Part shown: positions 31,889-45,330 of the stretch, piece by piece
Numbering within the stretch: the stretch's first letter is position 1
Layout: every line of letters starts with the position of its first letter
From: Eledone cirrhosa
Lineage: Eukaryota
DNA length: 64,000 nt
NCBI GenBank assembly: GCA_964016885.1
Contig: CAXHJY010000557.1
Location: forward strand, 1-64,000
Direction of reading: 5' to 3'
Translations under genes and position numbers: made by a program
The notes under the pieces: generated by a model
The model's database searches: none
What the model saw: the letters and a program-made list of their open reading frames with translations, nothing else
Told to the model about the DNA's origin: nothing

Positions 31889-32230
31889 GTTTTTGTTTTG
31901 TGAACAAAAAAAAACAAAAAAACAAAAAAAAAATGGCGTAGACATACAACACAACAGGAGGAACAATGAATATAACACCACTGACGATGTTGCAGAGGTG
32001 CAACGAAAGATTTATGTAAATTATGTAAACTATATATATATGTGTTTGTCTATATTGTATCTGTATTATTTTTGACCGCCGGTCAGTCAATGGCAACATT
32101 GAGGACCGAGTAAGTTAGATCGCAGATATATATATATAAAAGACAGCGAGAAGCGAAAACCAACCAAACAGTGAGTGTGTTCTGTTATTAATTCTGGCAA
32201 TATTACGCAAATATGACCCTCCCCAAATAT

Positions 32231-32238
<8 letters not shown>
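31556..32238. repeat. Long palindrome: ~305-bp arms around an imperfect poly(T)/poly(A) centre
   Basis: 31556-31860 is the reverse complement of 31934-32238. ORFs 31695+ and 32099- have identical N-termini. Flanked by (TA)n. Confidence 0.95.
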
Positions 32239-32274
<36 letters not shown>

Positions 32275-32744
32275 TCATATTACATCCATTTTCCATGCTG
32301 GCATGGTGCCGTTATTTTAGAAAAATATGCATGAAAGACCAAATGCAACTTATCTACCAAACCTTACTCTGGGCTAAAAATCCATGACATTATTAACTAA
32401 TGCACTTACACACGTATGCGCGTGCACCCACTCGCCCACTCACGATTGAGCATGTGGGGCAGGTAGATCATGTTATTCACTTTATATGAATATCTGCGTT
32501 GTTAAAAATATATATGTTGATAACATCTTGCGCAAAAACTGAAACAGCCAGCACATGTCCAAAACAAACACGTAGTTTACTTTTGGCCAGCTGTGATCCT
32601 AATCCCCACTAGATGCTGCATATATTGTCTCAGTTGTTTGGGAGTGGTGTTTTAAAATCACTGGTTAATCTGTTTGTTTTGTGTATAAAAACACATTGCC
32701 AGATCTATGGTTTCAAGATTTTGCAATTTTTATTTTATCTGAAA

Positions 32745-33674
32745 CTAGCAGCAGTACCCAGCGTTGCCTGGGTAGGTAGAATCATATCTGCTTTGATGAA
32801 AAGGTGTTGATCTTAGCGACTGCGAGTTTCTTGAAAATCGGTCGTAAGGTGTAGCAAATGGCGAAATGTTGAGTGAAATCGTATGGAATATGTGGGAGGT
32901 GGAAAAAATCGTATTTTGAAGAGTTAAACGGCTGCCACGCCATCCCTGAACAAAAAATGCAAAGTGTAAAGATACTATAAGATGTGCAATGATAGGTTAT
33001 ATCGTAGTATAAAAGTTGAACCAAATAAATTGATTTATGTGTGAGGTGGAGCCGAAGTTTCGAATTTGCACGAAATCGGTTGCAAAATGTGAGAGCTAGA
33101 GCCGAAAAGGCGGAAATTTGAGCGAAAGGGTGGTATTTTCGAATATTTAAGCGGCTGTCACGCCGTTCCTGAACAAAAAATCCAAAATGTAAAGCCACTT
33201 TAAGACATGAAATAATCAGATCTAGCGTAGTGTAAAATTTAAACAAAGTAGGTTGATTAATGTGGGAGCTAGAGCCGAAAAAGTGGAAATTTGAGTCTAA
33301 AAGTGGTATTTTTGAATATTTAAGCGGCTGCCACGTCGTCCCTGAACAACAAATGCAAAATATGAAGCCATTACAGGATGTGCAATGATAAATTCTAATT
33401 TGCTTTAAAATTTGAACGAAATCGGCGGCAAAATGTGGGAGCCAAAAATTTTATTTTTCGATACCCCCCAAAAAGGTGACCCCTATCGATTTTTATCTGC
33501 AGAATGGCCCCGCAATAAAAAAAACGATACGCTGATATATAGAAAACACTCCCCGATGACTAATCTATGAGCCTGTAAAGTTTCATGAAAATCGGTCGTA
33601 AGATGTAGGCCCCTATAAGTAATACACAGACACACACACACACGCACATACTTAATTTTATATATATATACAGA
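32745..33674 (-). mobile_element. Non-autonomous Helitron
   Basis: Minus strand starts A|TC(TGTATATATATATAAAA) and ends with the hairpin ACCCAGGCAACGCTGGGT then CTAG|T. Internal diverged ~170-220-bp repeats at 32912, 33134 and 33307. Confidence 0.75.
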
Positions 33675-33859
33675 TATCTTCTTTTTATTTTAACATAGCC
33701 ACGGGTGAAGTTGTGAAAAGTATTTTATGTAAAGTAATATGTAACTTCTGAATTACTTCTAGGCTGAAATTAAAATATAAACAAAGTATGTTATCATCAT
33801 CATTGTTTAACGTCCAACACTTGACATGACTAAGGGGTTCCTCTCAGCCTTTCCTATCA

Positions 33860-34500
33860 CCAATTACAAAATTCCCTAGCCCCCCAAAATTTAGCTGTTA
33901 TATTTAGCTTCTGTTGATTTAGAAAAGGCCTTTTCCAGTCACAGGAAGGGTCCATAGAAGAGATTAATAGCTTTGGCTATCTAGGTGACTTAATTAGCAG
34001 TGGAGGATGGTGTTTTGAGAGCATACTAGCTAGAATAAGGATGGGATGGAAAAAGATTTCTCCCTGTGTACAAAAGGACGACTGCATGACGCCTGTGTGC
34101 GAAGTACGATGCTGCATGGTAGTAAAACATGGGCTGTGACTGCAGAGGATATGTGTAGACTGGAGAGAAATGAAGCAACCATGCTTCGTTGAATGTGCAA
34201 TATAAATGTGAGAGAAAGGTAGAGCTTGGATGAGCTGAGGGAGAAGTTGGGTTTAAGAGGAATCCGAGGTGCTATGCAGGAGAGAAGACTGCGTTCGTAT
34301 AGACATGTGATGCGCATGGATGATGATCACTGGGTGAAGAGGTGGAAGGAAGCCGCACTAGAAGTAGACCATGAAAGACCTGGACAGAGGTTGTGAGAGC
34401 TGAGACTCAGAGGAAATGATTAAGGAACATGACGAGTGGAGAGATACTGTGCTGAGAAAGACTCGCTCGACACATGCAATAAAAATGATGATGAAGATGA
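33860..34500 (+). pseudogene. Decayed RTE LINE 3' fragment
   Basis: Remnants FVDLEKAF, DACVRSTMLHGSKTWA and ERRLR, with stops and frameshifts; (GAT)n tail at ~34490. Confidence 0.8.
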
Positions 34501-35319
34501 TATAGCATAGAAAGCAGACCTAAAATGATGATGATAATATAAGTGTATGTTTATCATTTTTATATCCACTTAGCAATGCTGGTATGCTTTTGATAAGACT
34601 TTTGATGCAGAATTCTTTAATCAGATGACCTGATACCAACTCTTTTTGCTTTAAGATAATTATCCCATTAATTTTCACACATCGAACACCTGAGCTGTGA
34701 AACAAACTCACTCTACTGTATGTATATGTGTGTGCGTGTGTGGAGTTAACTAAAAGTATCAAAATTGTTAATTAGTAATATTTTTAAGCTCAATGTGTTT
34801 GTCATTATAGATAGGTATATGGATTTGTTGTTCATGGCATATACAAATTAAGATAATAAAATAGATTTCTCAAGTCATTTAATAATGACTTAAGAATAAT
34901 GACTTACAAATGTTTCAATTCAAATAATTTAACGAATACTTATACTAACTATAACAATATAGTAAAGTATCAAATATTCAGAGGTAATATAATTAATAAA
35001 AACAATGACCCTGTGAAAAGCAAGCTCAAAAGAAACAATTGTATCTACGAAGGATAACATCTTTAATGAAAATATAAGCAATAACGGTTATTTATACATT
35101 TGTAAGGTTATTAATGAAAATATAAACAATAACGGTTATTAATACATTTACAAGGTTATTAAATGGTTTAAGAAATCTATTCTATCATCTTAATGTATAT
35201 GCTGAAACTGCAGTAGCGACACTGAGTAAATTGCTAAATATTTCTTTAAACTTATTTACGTTTCCCAAATTAATTTGTGTGTATATGTGTCTGAAGTCTG
35301 TCTTAAGCCAGAAGGCTTA

Positions 35320-35575
35320 TTTGGCCGGTGCTTATCCTGGTTTCATGGCGTGAGAAGCGACTGAGAGTACAAGACTCCCCCCCCCCCCCCCCCCCTGGAC
35401 AGGACGCCAGTCCATCGCAGGGTTAAACCTCCAGCTATTGCTGGTACTCATTTTCATCTGAATATACTGGAGCAACGTGAAATGAAGTGTTTTGCTCAAG
35501 AACACGACACACAACCCAGGAATCGACATTATGATAGTAAGTCCAACACTCTTACCACTAGGCCACATGCCTCCA
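35320..35575 (-). mobile_element. tRNA-derived SINE
   Basis: Minus strand GGAGGCATGTGGCCTAGTGGTAAG (A-box), GTGTTCTTGAGCAAAACACTT core, and a GATGGACTGGCGTCCTGTCCAGGGG domain. Confidence 0.75.
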
Positions 35576-35603
35576 CGTGTATGTATATATATATATGCAG
35601 AGG

Positions 35604-35646
<43 letters not shown>

Positions 35647-35652
35647 GAGGTT

Positions 35653-35718
35653 ATATTTATCGGATGAAAGCGCACCGTAATTTGCCTTGGTTGCCCTTGA
35701 AATATGTATAATAAAATA
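35653..35718 (+). ncRNA. Degenerate hammerhead motif (family B)
   Basis: ATATTTAT-CGGATGA-AAG..CTT-GAAA-TATGTA-TA-ATAAAATA, followed by the same downstream AATATGGTTTTATAAATATAGT as at 20.8 kb and 26.1 kb; core U4 is mutated. Confidence 0.5.
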
Positions 35719-35774
35719 AATATGGTTTTATAAATATAGTTTCCATTTATTAATATATTGTATATATATATAAT

Positions 35775-35805
<31 letters not shown>

Positions 35806-36204
35806 AATGCACTACATCATTATCCACTCACATTTAGTTTTTAAATTCTTTTAAAATCTTACATCACATAACCTTGAAAATACTGTCACGTGCGAAATCA
35901 AAACACCATGCTATCTTTGTACCACGGTATATTATGAAATTCTATTTTCCAAACATAAATGACAAAATAAACATTTACAACTGCATCAAATGGCAAATAA
36001 AAATCTAAAATATTGTAAACCCATTATTTTTCACTAGTGTTCAGTCTAACAGGGCAGGAAAACCTCTCTAGTGCTGGTGTCCCGATAAAAAAAGTACACG
36101 TGGATCGTATGAACAAGACGAGGCCTCTCCAGCCTAGGACTGTGATAACCCAATCAAACCAATGGGGGACGTATGGCTAATGTATTTGCTTATTTCTACA
36201 TATA

Positions 36205-36498
36205 TAGTGTATCCCCGGTTATTCGCGGGCTATTTTCTTAGAACCTAACTAATAATAGTTCGTGGAAACCACCGCATATTCGCTGGATCGTAAATATCTT
36301 CCGCGATTTTTTTTATGGCTTTTCTCGTGGCAATATATATTTTTTCACACTTTAACGATAAATTATTAATAACAATATACATTATTTGCCGGCCTAGATT
36401 TTACGCTGTTTTGACGTTTATAGGCATTTTTATGGACATCGTGCCATCTTCGCGGGTGCTCTAAGAACGTAACTCCCGCGAATACCCGGAGACAACTG
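36205..36498. mobile_element. Tigger/pogo-type MITE
   Basis: Imperfect TIRs TAGTGTATCCCCGGTTATTCGCGGG ... CCCGCGAATACCCGGAGACAACTG with TA flanks. Confidence 0.7.
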
Positions 36499-36848
36499 TA
36501 TTTCTTTTCCTGGTTGTAATACGCGTTTTAGTTTTCTCAATATAAGTGAGATCGTAGCTATTACATATGTGATTCAGGCAGAAACCAGTTGAATGTATGT
36601 CAAAACTTTGTCATGAAAATATCTACGCTGATAGAGTTTATTGTTTAATTATATGTAAGTGGCAATCTATTTAATAGCAACTAATGAAACATTTATAAAG
36701 CAGATTTAATTATAAACCTGTTTATTAGTGAATCTATTCTGATGCAAATTCATCCTGTTATATTCCCCTCCCTTCAAGTACGCGTGTTTTTCAATGAAAA
36801 AATATCCATAGATATATATATGAACAGATGAGTTTATGTAAGTTTATT

Positions 36849-37120
36849 TATTCTTTTACTGGTTTCAGTCAACAGTCGATTATATTGTCTCCAGTACTAT
36901 TTTTTTCGAGTTTGGTACTTCTTTTATCGACCTCATTTTTTAAACTGCTATGTTGCGGGACATACACATGACACGTGGGCTCCTGAAGTTTCCCTTTTAA
37001 TAAATTCCACTCACGAGGCATTATGCTACTCGAGATAATGTTAGAGGACATTTGCCCAGGACTGAACCGAGACCCATAAGGTTCCGGAGCTTGCTCTTTA
37101 AACCTCCCAAGCATGCCTGC
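36849..37120 (-). mobile_element. Decayed tRNA-SINE with an ACTGAAACCAGTAAAAGAATA tail
   Basis: Shares blocks with 40430-40700 and 59840-60190. Confidence 0.6.
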
Positions 37121-38244
37121 ACTTAAACTTATTTAAAATAAACATCAGTTCTGTCCCGTACGCGCACACAACTTAGCTTTGTTGTTTTGGTGTGTTTCTA
37201 TCGCTCTCCTTTGTCACCGATAGCAAGATCGTTGTGTTTTTGTTTTTATCCTAATGAGTCATTTTCTTTCTTATGTTATTTTATTTTATTGTCAAAATTC
37301 CTATTTCTGATAGTGTACCTGTGCTGCCAATAAGGATGGTAACTGTGTTGAATGTATTTAATTCTTGGGTTCAGGATTGTTTTGCCAAATATACCAGGAT
37401 TACTGGATATATGAACAATCATACAAAATGGGAAATTTGTGTTATAATAAAATTATGGTTGGCATAAGCGAAATCCTATAGTTTGTTGATTACTGACGCG
37501 TGGAAGTGATTAAAGACGAAGATAATGTTTTAATATTTTAATTCTCGGATATAATTGCATAGTCAGCATATATATACAAATGACATACATACAGGATTGA
37601 ATATATGAGTAACTATGGAGGAATATCTATTTACAGGGATAAATGTAGAGTTGAGAATCTAGGGCCTTGATTGGAAAGCGAACTTATTTGTAGCAACGTG
37701 ACTGATATACGAAATGCAGTGTGTTTAGTTTTTAGAGTTGCAGCCGAGTGTATGTATATATATATATATATATAAACATAAATTATCGAGATTCGCATTT
37801 CGGCCCACGAAATAACGAAAAACAACCTCCGAGATGTGAATGCTCAATGAGTCAGATGAACCAGAGCTATAACAAACGATCAAGTAATTCGGGTATTGAA
37901 AATTTACCCGGATCCCTGGAAGGTTGGTAAAATCCAGTATTTGGGTTTCTGCGGCTCCTAAATCAAGTACCGTCCGCTTACATAAAAAATGTTAGGGTTC
38001 TGGTAAGATGATTGAACAAGGAAGCCACTTTCTCAACAGGTTTTATATATATATATATGGGATAACATTTTATCGATATAGGTGATCCACTTAGAGGTAA
38101 TCAACGAAACAATTGTCAGCAATTTGAATAAAGCCCTTAATTCTTTTTTTAACTATATATATATATATATATATAACGAAGGAAATGTGGTAAGGAACCA
38201 GGTGGACCATAACGCACGAAAGTACTCAATACTTAGGGTAGTAG

Positions 38245-38276
<32 letters not shown>

Positions 38277-38624
38277 CATATATATATAATGTGTGTGTGT
38301 GTGTGTGTAAAAGGTAAACAAATAGCAACACATTCGGTACAGTATATGGAAGGAATATATTAGGTTAACGCTTGAAATAGCAGGAAGAGGGTCTTAACGT
38401 TTCGGATGCTAGTGCTTCATCAAAAGAAAGATTGAAGAGACGAGCGGGTGGAATTTGAAAAAATTTTTTTATAGAAAAATAACAGGTCCATTCATGTTGC
38501 CATTTCTTGGAAAACTTAATGCTGGCGTTTTGCGTACGATATATATGTACACACACACATATATACAAACAAAACAAAAACACGTGGTATATTATTATGG
38601 TTTACTGCGGTGTGTGGCTAAGTG

Positions 38625-38876
38625 GTTGGTGAGTTCGGCTCATGATCATATGGGCGTAAGTTTGATTCCCGGTGTCATTCCAGTCCAGTTAACCGAAAAA
38701 AAACCGAGTTGTACCTGTAATTCAAAAGGTCAGTTTTGTCACACACACACACATGCTGTGTTGCGCTGAATCTCCCTGAGAACTATGCTAAGGGTGCACT
38801 TGCCTGTAGAATGTTCAGCAATTTTGATGTTAATTTCACGTGTAGGTTCTGTTGCGTTAACACAACTGGAATACTT
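38625..38876 (+). mobile_element. Decayed tRNA-SINE
   Basis: A-box TGGCTAAGTGG and B-box-like GTTTGATTCCC. Confidence 0.5.
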
Positions 38877-40429
38877 TAATGTGCCACAGTTTTGTTTATT
38901 CAAAACAAATACAAAACTTTGTTTAACTTCGTCAGACTAGAGAGAGAGAAAAATAAGAATGGAATCGGTGGAGTGAGACACGATAACCCAAATCCAGATA
39001 ATTTATTAATACGCGTCTAAATCATTGAAACTCGCCCCTCATCATGTCATATTGTTACAATCAGAGCTAAATATGCTCACTCTTCCCTGCTTTATTCCAA
39101 AATATTCTGAACTACGTAAATTTGCTCGCAATATTTTAACTTTCGACTATAATTGAAGAAACATTCACATCCCCTCTCCCCTAGCTCTCTATTTCAAGCG
39201 TCAAACTAATATATTTCTTCCTTGTACTTTGCCGTTTGTTTTGCTATTTCTGCCCCCCCCCCCTCCCACGCAAACGTAGCGAGATGAACTAAACGTTCAA
39301 GCTGAAACTTCGAAATCACTGCCACATTTCTACACAGGAAATAAAATCTACATTCTACTTACACACATTGAGTGATCATTCAATGTTTGAATATGTTTGA
39401 ATATTTTAAAGTATTGTTGTATTTTAAACACCCATTCAAACACACATATATACATACATACACACACACGTTTATGTTTACAAACACCAAGTGCTCAATA
39501 CCAAAATAGAAAATATTATACATTTATTATACTTCTAAGATTTACTCTCAAGTTTTACTCAATATATATAACATCTGTTTAGCAAGAATCTTGATTTGAA
39601 ATAGTGTGTTGAAACCGATATTGGGGGGTGGTTATAACGACAAAATGAAATAGAAATTTAAGACCAGAAAAAGAAGAGGCACAAAAAATCGTTAGTCATT
39701 GAGGGGGTCACAGATTGTTGTGACGAAAGAGCTTTGAAGGAAGACTAAAGTGAAAGTTATATGGTGCGTGTGTTCAATTGGCAAACTGACCACTCCCAAA
39801 TATAACAACATCATATATATATATATATATGTCAAGGGCGGTGCCCCAGCATGGCCTCAGCCGGATGGCTGAAACAGGTAAAAGAGTATATATATATGAG
39901 AGAGCGAGAAAGAGAGGATGGGCTCTGCCAGGCTTAAAATGTTTAAGAAACACCGTATGTCAATACGGCGCCTCTATGAGTTACGGGACCATACATACAT
40001 ATATGTTCTACAAATAACTTCTACAAGACTAAAACTGTTTCATTTGTAAGAAATCATACTAAAGTATTGAGTACCTTTTAACTGTCGTCACCTTCCGATG
40101 TACATCGGGAATCCACCTATATATATACACACACACACATTCATAATCACCGACTAATCACTGCAATTAATAACAATACGATTAATTAATTTAAAAAATC
40201 TCCATTAATAGGATTTAATTATCTTTCTTAATTATCTCTTCCCCCGTCACTCACTTTCTCATTATTTATTGCTAGTTAAGCTTTTAGGCTGCGCTAAGTT
40301 TTCTTCGTTTGAAGCTATATTTATATCACTGCATTTTATTTCCTTGTTTGATATTTTTGTGTGCTTGGTTTGTCGCGTGATAAAGCGTTTCTTTAAAAAC
40401 ATACAATAACCAAATAAACTTAATTTATA

Positions 40430-40702
40430 TTCTTGTACTGGTTTATTTCATTAGACAGTAGTCATGCTGGGGCACCACTTTTAATTTAGTCGATTATATT
40501 GACCTCCCAGTACTCAATTTTTTCCAGGTCTAGTGGTACTTATTTTATCGACTCCTTTTTTGTTGTTAAACCGCGGGACATAAACATGCACATATATATT
40601 TATTTATATTTATACACGAGGTGCTTCACCAGTTTCTGTCTACCAATTTTTTGTCACAAAGTATTGGTCTACCCAAGGTTATAGAAGACACTTGCCCGAG
40701 GT
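40430..40702 (-). mobile_element. Decayed tRNA-SINE
   Basis: CATGCTGGGGCACC, GGTACTTATTTTATCGAC and ATAGAAGACACTTGCCC blocks. Confidence 0.6.
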
Positions 40703-43700
40703 TATATATATATAACATCTTGTACCTTATCGTTTCGCTCCCAATTTATCAGTTTTCCTGGATTGAGACTAGCTATCGTATTTTAATTCGGTGCAACCCC
40801 TCTCCTCTGAAACTGGCTCTGGTTTTATGTAACAAAACCATACATTTTAAAGGGTTTCTGTTTAAAGTAAAATCTTCGAACACAATTTCGTATAAGAACT
40901 GTGTGTTATTATTTTAATAATTGATAATTTTTGTAAATCTTTGGAATTTTTTCGTTTATTAATTGAAATAGAGTGTATTTCATTAAAAATACGCGCACAA
41001 AACAGTTTAAAGAATATCTTTTTTCCATGTATTTTTCTCCGAAACCACTTCACTGTTGTTTTTGGCTGTCTGCCACCGTTTATCTCTATCTCACCCTGTC
41101 TACCTATATCTCTCTCCATGTTTATCTCATTGTTTCTTTCACCCTGTCGGCCTATCTCTCTCTCTCCATGTTTATCTCATTCTCTCTCTCTCCATTTATC
41201 TCACCCTGTCTTTGTCTCCCTCTCCTCCCCAATCACTGCTAACACTAAACCTACAGGAATCTCTTCAGCCACCCTCATCATTGGACCATGTTTTCGTATA
41301 TTGAATTCACAAGGTGCGTCTATACACACCTATTTATCCCCTTCATATTTTCTACTACTTTTCTCTTTCCTCTCTTTATTTTCTCTTTCTTTAAAGCATT
41401 TTTTTAATATTATTATACGAGTGTCGGATTGGCAGACTCACATTACAACATCCTCAGTTCAAATCTTGTCGAGCTCAACATTACAATTTTTTCCAGGGTC
41501 GATAAAATAAAGTTCTGAGGTCTATATAAACTAAAGGAAATCTAAACATTTGTATGTACAACAGCTGATAGGAGGCACGCACGCACAGCGAACATCATTT
41601 AACTTAACACACCATACTTAAGGAAAACAGTGTAGATAGGTGGTCACTAACTCAAGGGTTCAAAGGGGGTGTTATGATACTGCGAGTCAAGAGCATGATT
41701 TCCACTAGTCATAATGCTAATAGGCTGTTATTTTCTCCCCATCAAAATGAGTAAGTACATGATAGTGAGATATGTGAATGTAGGAGGACACATTTTCTGT
41801 TTCTAATTTTCCTTAATTCCGTTTTTACTTTAAGTAAATTCCCTTGCTTTCACTTTTCATAAATTACGTTTATTGTATTTCATTGGGGAATTCTACTATA
41901 AATATTATTCATTAAAACAGGAAAAACAAGCAAAATCCAAAGTTTTATCTTACTTAAAGAAATAGTAGATATCTTCAGCAGCAATTTGAAAAAAATCATA
42001 AAAATTGATCCGTCGCAGGCTATAGAAGAGTAGTTTATTTGTTTATATATATATATATAAATATATATATATATAATATATATATATATATCAGTATGTG
42101 GTTGACGGCCGAGAAAAAGGAGAACTCAATACCGAAGTAGTTTTAATATTCATTTTAAGGCTAACTACTGAGTTTTCTTACTCTGCAGCTTTGCCTCACC
42201 CTCTGATAAACAGCGAAAATCCAGAGTAACAAGACCCATGATTTAGCCTTAATAAAATCAATATATATATTTATAGGTAATGAGGAAAATGCGAAGTTGT
42301 AGATGTTAAGGAGTCCTTTATTAATAAAGTTGTGATTCATATTTCAATGACGATCATGATCACTTGATTATGTAACCATTCTCGTGATCTCATCAAACAG
42401 CAACATTGAGTTACGTTCCGAGGCAGCCCAAGATGCAAGGGAACGGACAAAAAATTGTTTATGTGTATATATGAGAGAGAGAGAGAGAGAGAAAGAAAAG
42501 CTTCTACAGGACTATTAAACATTTATACTCTGCACTGTATTGAGTACCTTACTTACTGTGGTTACCCCCGATTGAACCCGGGATAACTTATATATATACA
42601 CACACATGAATATTTATATGTATACTAGTATAGTACCCATAGAAAATAATTGGGTTTATAGTAAAAATATTTAATTTAATATTTCCTTGATCACAACATT
42701 CTATGTAAAGATGTTTGAATCCTCGATTTTCCTTAACCTTCTCCCACTTGTCACCACAACCATTGCCGTATTGCGTTTTACGTTCATTTAAATCAATTTA
42801 CAATAATTTCTTACCTTGTTTTCTTTAATCCTTATGAAACTTCCATTATATTACTAAGATGACTTTGTTCTATGTATCTGTCCATATCTGTCTTCAGACG
42901 GCTATTGGGATTCGTGCTTTGTTATTACGTTTTCCCAAAGATAGATACATTGGTAGATATACATAGATAATTATAGATTGACAGACAGACAGATAAATGT
43001 TGATAGATAGACAGACAGATAAATGTTGATAGATAGACAGATGAGTGAATAAATAGATATACAAATATGTAGACAGACAAATAGATAGACAAACAGATAA
43101 CTAAGCAGGTAGATAAATAGACAGGTATACAGATGGATGTATTTATTGCCCATTAATAGATACATAGTTAGGTAGCTATAGATAGATGCCCCTTTTGATT
43201 ACTATGTTGTCAACACACAGAGAGAGAGAGAGAGAGAGAGAGGGGTATGGAGGAAGATATTACTATTTTTCAAATTAATCTTGCACAAAGCAATTATGTT
43301 ACTTTGTGTTTATTATAAATTATATATTTATGTATATATGCTTCAATGTTACATACTAAATATTTCTAGTCAACAATATAATATTTTGAAGGTGTGTAAG
43401 AGAGCATGATATGTGTATGAAGCAATCAAACAGAAACTTTGAAATCACTGTAACTTTTCTACTGAGAAAATATAATGTACACTCTTATACATATTGAGTG
43501 TTCATTAAATTAACTAGCAGAAAAACCACCCTTCGGGTGGTTTTCTGCTAGCATGTGTAGTGTGTATATTGATATTATACACAAGTATATATACATGTAG
43601 ATATGATACATCAAATAAAATCGTAATTGACACTATAAACAGAAATGAAACGAAGACGTTGTTACGCTGTCTTATGTAATCAGTAACGTAATCCATGATC

Positions 43701-43771
43701 CATTAACAAAAGACGATATTATATATAAACAGCATTAGGAGAAAATTAGTATGTTTATTTAAGTGATCGCC

Positions 43772-43855
43772 ACCGGAAGTGTTGACATCACACACTCTCT
43801 CTTTCTATATATATGGTAGTTGAAGTGGTGGTGGTGGCAACGATATACCGGAAGT
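43772..43855. promoter_or_regulatory. Two ETS-type CCGGAAGT motifs; candidate promoter
   Basis: ACCGGAAGTG occurs at ~43772 and ~43847 in otherwise CpG-poor, non-repetitive sequence. Confidence 0.3.
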
Positions 43856-43939
43856 GCAACTTCGAAAAGAAGTCAATTTTAAATTATTTATTTTTACGAA
43901 ATTTAGTAGATAAATTATGTAATATTCATTCATTATTTA

Positions 43940-44053
43940 TTCAAAATCCCGCCGAGGTTAACTTTGCCTTTCATCCTTACGGGGTCGATAAAATAAAGTA
44001 CCAGTAATGTACTGGGTAATTGCTGGCCTTATGCCAATAGTAGAAACAATTAT
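43940..44053 (+). mobile_element. 5'-truncated SINE (family of 61453-61637)
   Basis: TTCAAAATCCCGCCGAGGTTAACTTTGCCTTTCATCC...AGTAGAAACAATTA. Confidence 0.85.
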
Positions 44054-44675
44054 TTATTCAAAGTAATCCTACTTATTTTATTAACGGGATAAAAAAAAAA
44101 CCGTACGCAGTCCCACAGACCTTCCTTTATTATAGTTTAGATGTTTGAATGGTTTAAGCATTTTAAACAGCTATTCTAATATTTATGTCTGTATAAACAT
44201 GTTTATATGTTATAAGAAAAATATTTTGAAAGAGAAGAAAGTGTGAGGTGCTTTTTTTGAAAGTCTTACATTGACATTGGGGTCACCCAAGATATCTTTT
44301 CTGGTACTTGTTGACCTCTCTCTATCCTATCCCTGCTGCTTAAATATAAGCCTGTCTTCCTTCAGTCTAATGGTTATGTTGGCTTGCTTAGCTAAGTTTT
44401 TTAACTCTAACAGCAACACTGAAAAAGGAAGAGCATCATGTGTGTGTATATATATATATATATATACTCACATATATATCTATATACACACTATGTTGCA
44501 ATCTTCACCTGTATCAAGGACACAACAACCTCCCTAGTGTTGCTGATCTACACAATAAATGCAGCCAGTACACTCTGTAATGTGGTTGGTGATAGGAAAG
44601 GTATCTGTATGTTGAAAACCTGCCATATATAATATCAATATTTGCTAGTAGGGTACGCTGATGTTAGATAAAGGT

Positions 44676-44953
44676 AATTAGTTCTACTTTTGGCACAAGG
44701 CCAGCAATTATCCCAGTGCATTACTGGTACTTTATTTTATTGACCCCATAAGGAAGAAGTTAATAATTGTTTCTACTTTAGGCACAAGGCCAGCAATTAC
44801 CCAGTACATTACTGGTACTTTATTTTATCGACCCCCGTAAGGATGAAAGGCAAAGTTAACCTCAGCGGGATTTGAACTCAGACTGTAAAGGGACGTAACT
44901 ATGCTAGGAAGCATGGTGTCCAACCCTCTACCGATACTGCCAATTCACCGCCG
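44676..44953 (-). mobile_element. SINE (family of 61453-61637) plus an adjacent duplicated 3' part
   Basis: 44762-44953 is a full copy; 44676-44755 repeats its 3' end. Confidence 0.85.
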
Positions 44954-44979
44954 AAGGTAATAATGATATACACATATAC

Positions 44980-45330
44980 ATCATCATCACAGTTTAATGG
45001 CTATTTTCTATGCTTGTGTGGGTTAAACAGGTTATCAGATTATGTGTCAAGGCAGATCAAGTGATCATGTCTTGCTCATGTGGAACTGTTTCTGGCTTGG
45101 TTTCTACAGCACGATGCTCTTTCTAATGCCAACCACATTTCAGTGTGAACTGGGTGCTTTTCATCATACCAAAACGACCATCTGACAGGATGGACTCGGT
45201 ACTTTTTCATTGTGCATGACCACCTGTATGGTGGACTGGTTGATTTTTGTTGTGTCACCAGCACGACAACCTTACAGAGTGGACTGTGCTTTTTGTTGTG
45301 TCACTAGCACAACCACCTTCTAAAGTGGCC
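44980..45330 (-). mobile_element. Decayed RTE 3'UTR with internal short repeats
   Basis: (CAT)n tail, TTGGTTTCTACAGC..GATGC..TTCTAATGCCAACC, and repeated GGACTG..TTTTTGTTGTGTCAC. Confidence 0.6.

Noticed and set aside
31695-32099. Twin 126-aa ORFs on opposite strands
   Set aside because: They are a by-product of the palindrome, with a poly-F/poly-K centre.
37785-38005. Stop-free stretch on the minus strand
   Set aside because: The plus strand reads like a decayed RT segment (YPDPWKVGKI...YRPL) with stops, so it is probably an old LINE remnant; too weak to annotate.
38392-38428. TTGATGA...GAAACGTT hammerhead-like string on the minus strand
   Set aside because: Core C3 is mutated and stem II does not pair.
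43514-43551. Perfect GC-containing hairpin resembling an intrinsic terminator
   Set aside because: The context is eukaryotic, and the CTAG-bounded hairpin is more like a Helitron end remnant.
44268-44420. Exon-like segment on the minus strand (TTCCTTTTTCAG ... GTAAGA)
   Set aside because: The best frame contains an in-frame TAG and I recognise no protein similarity.
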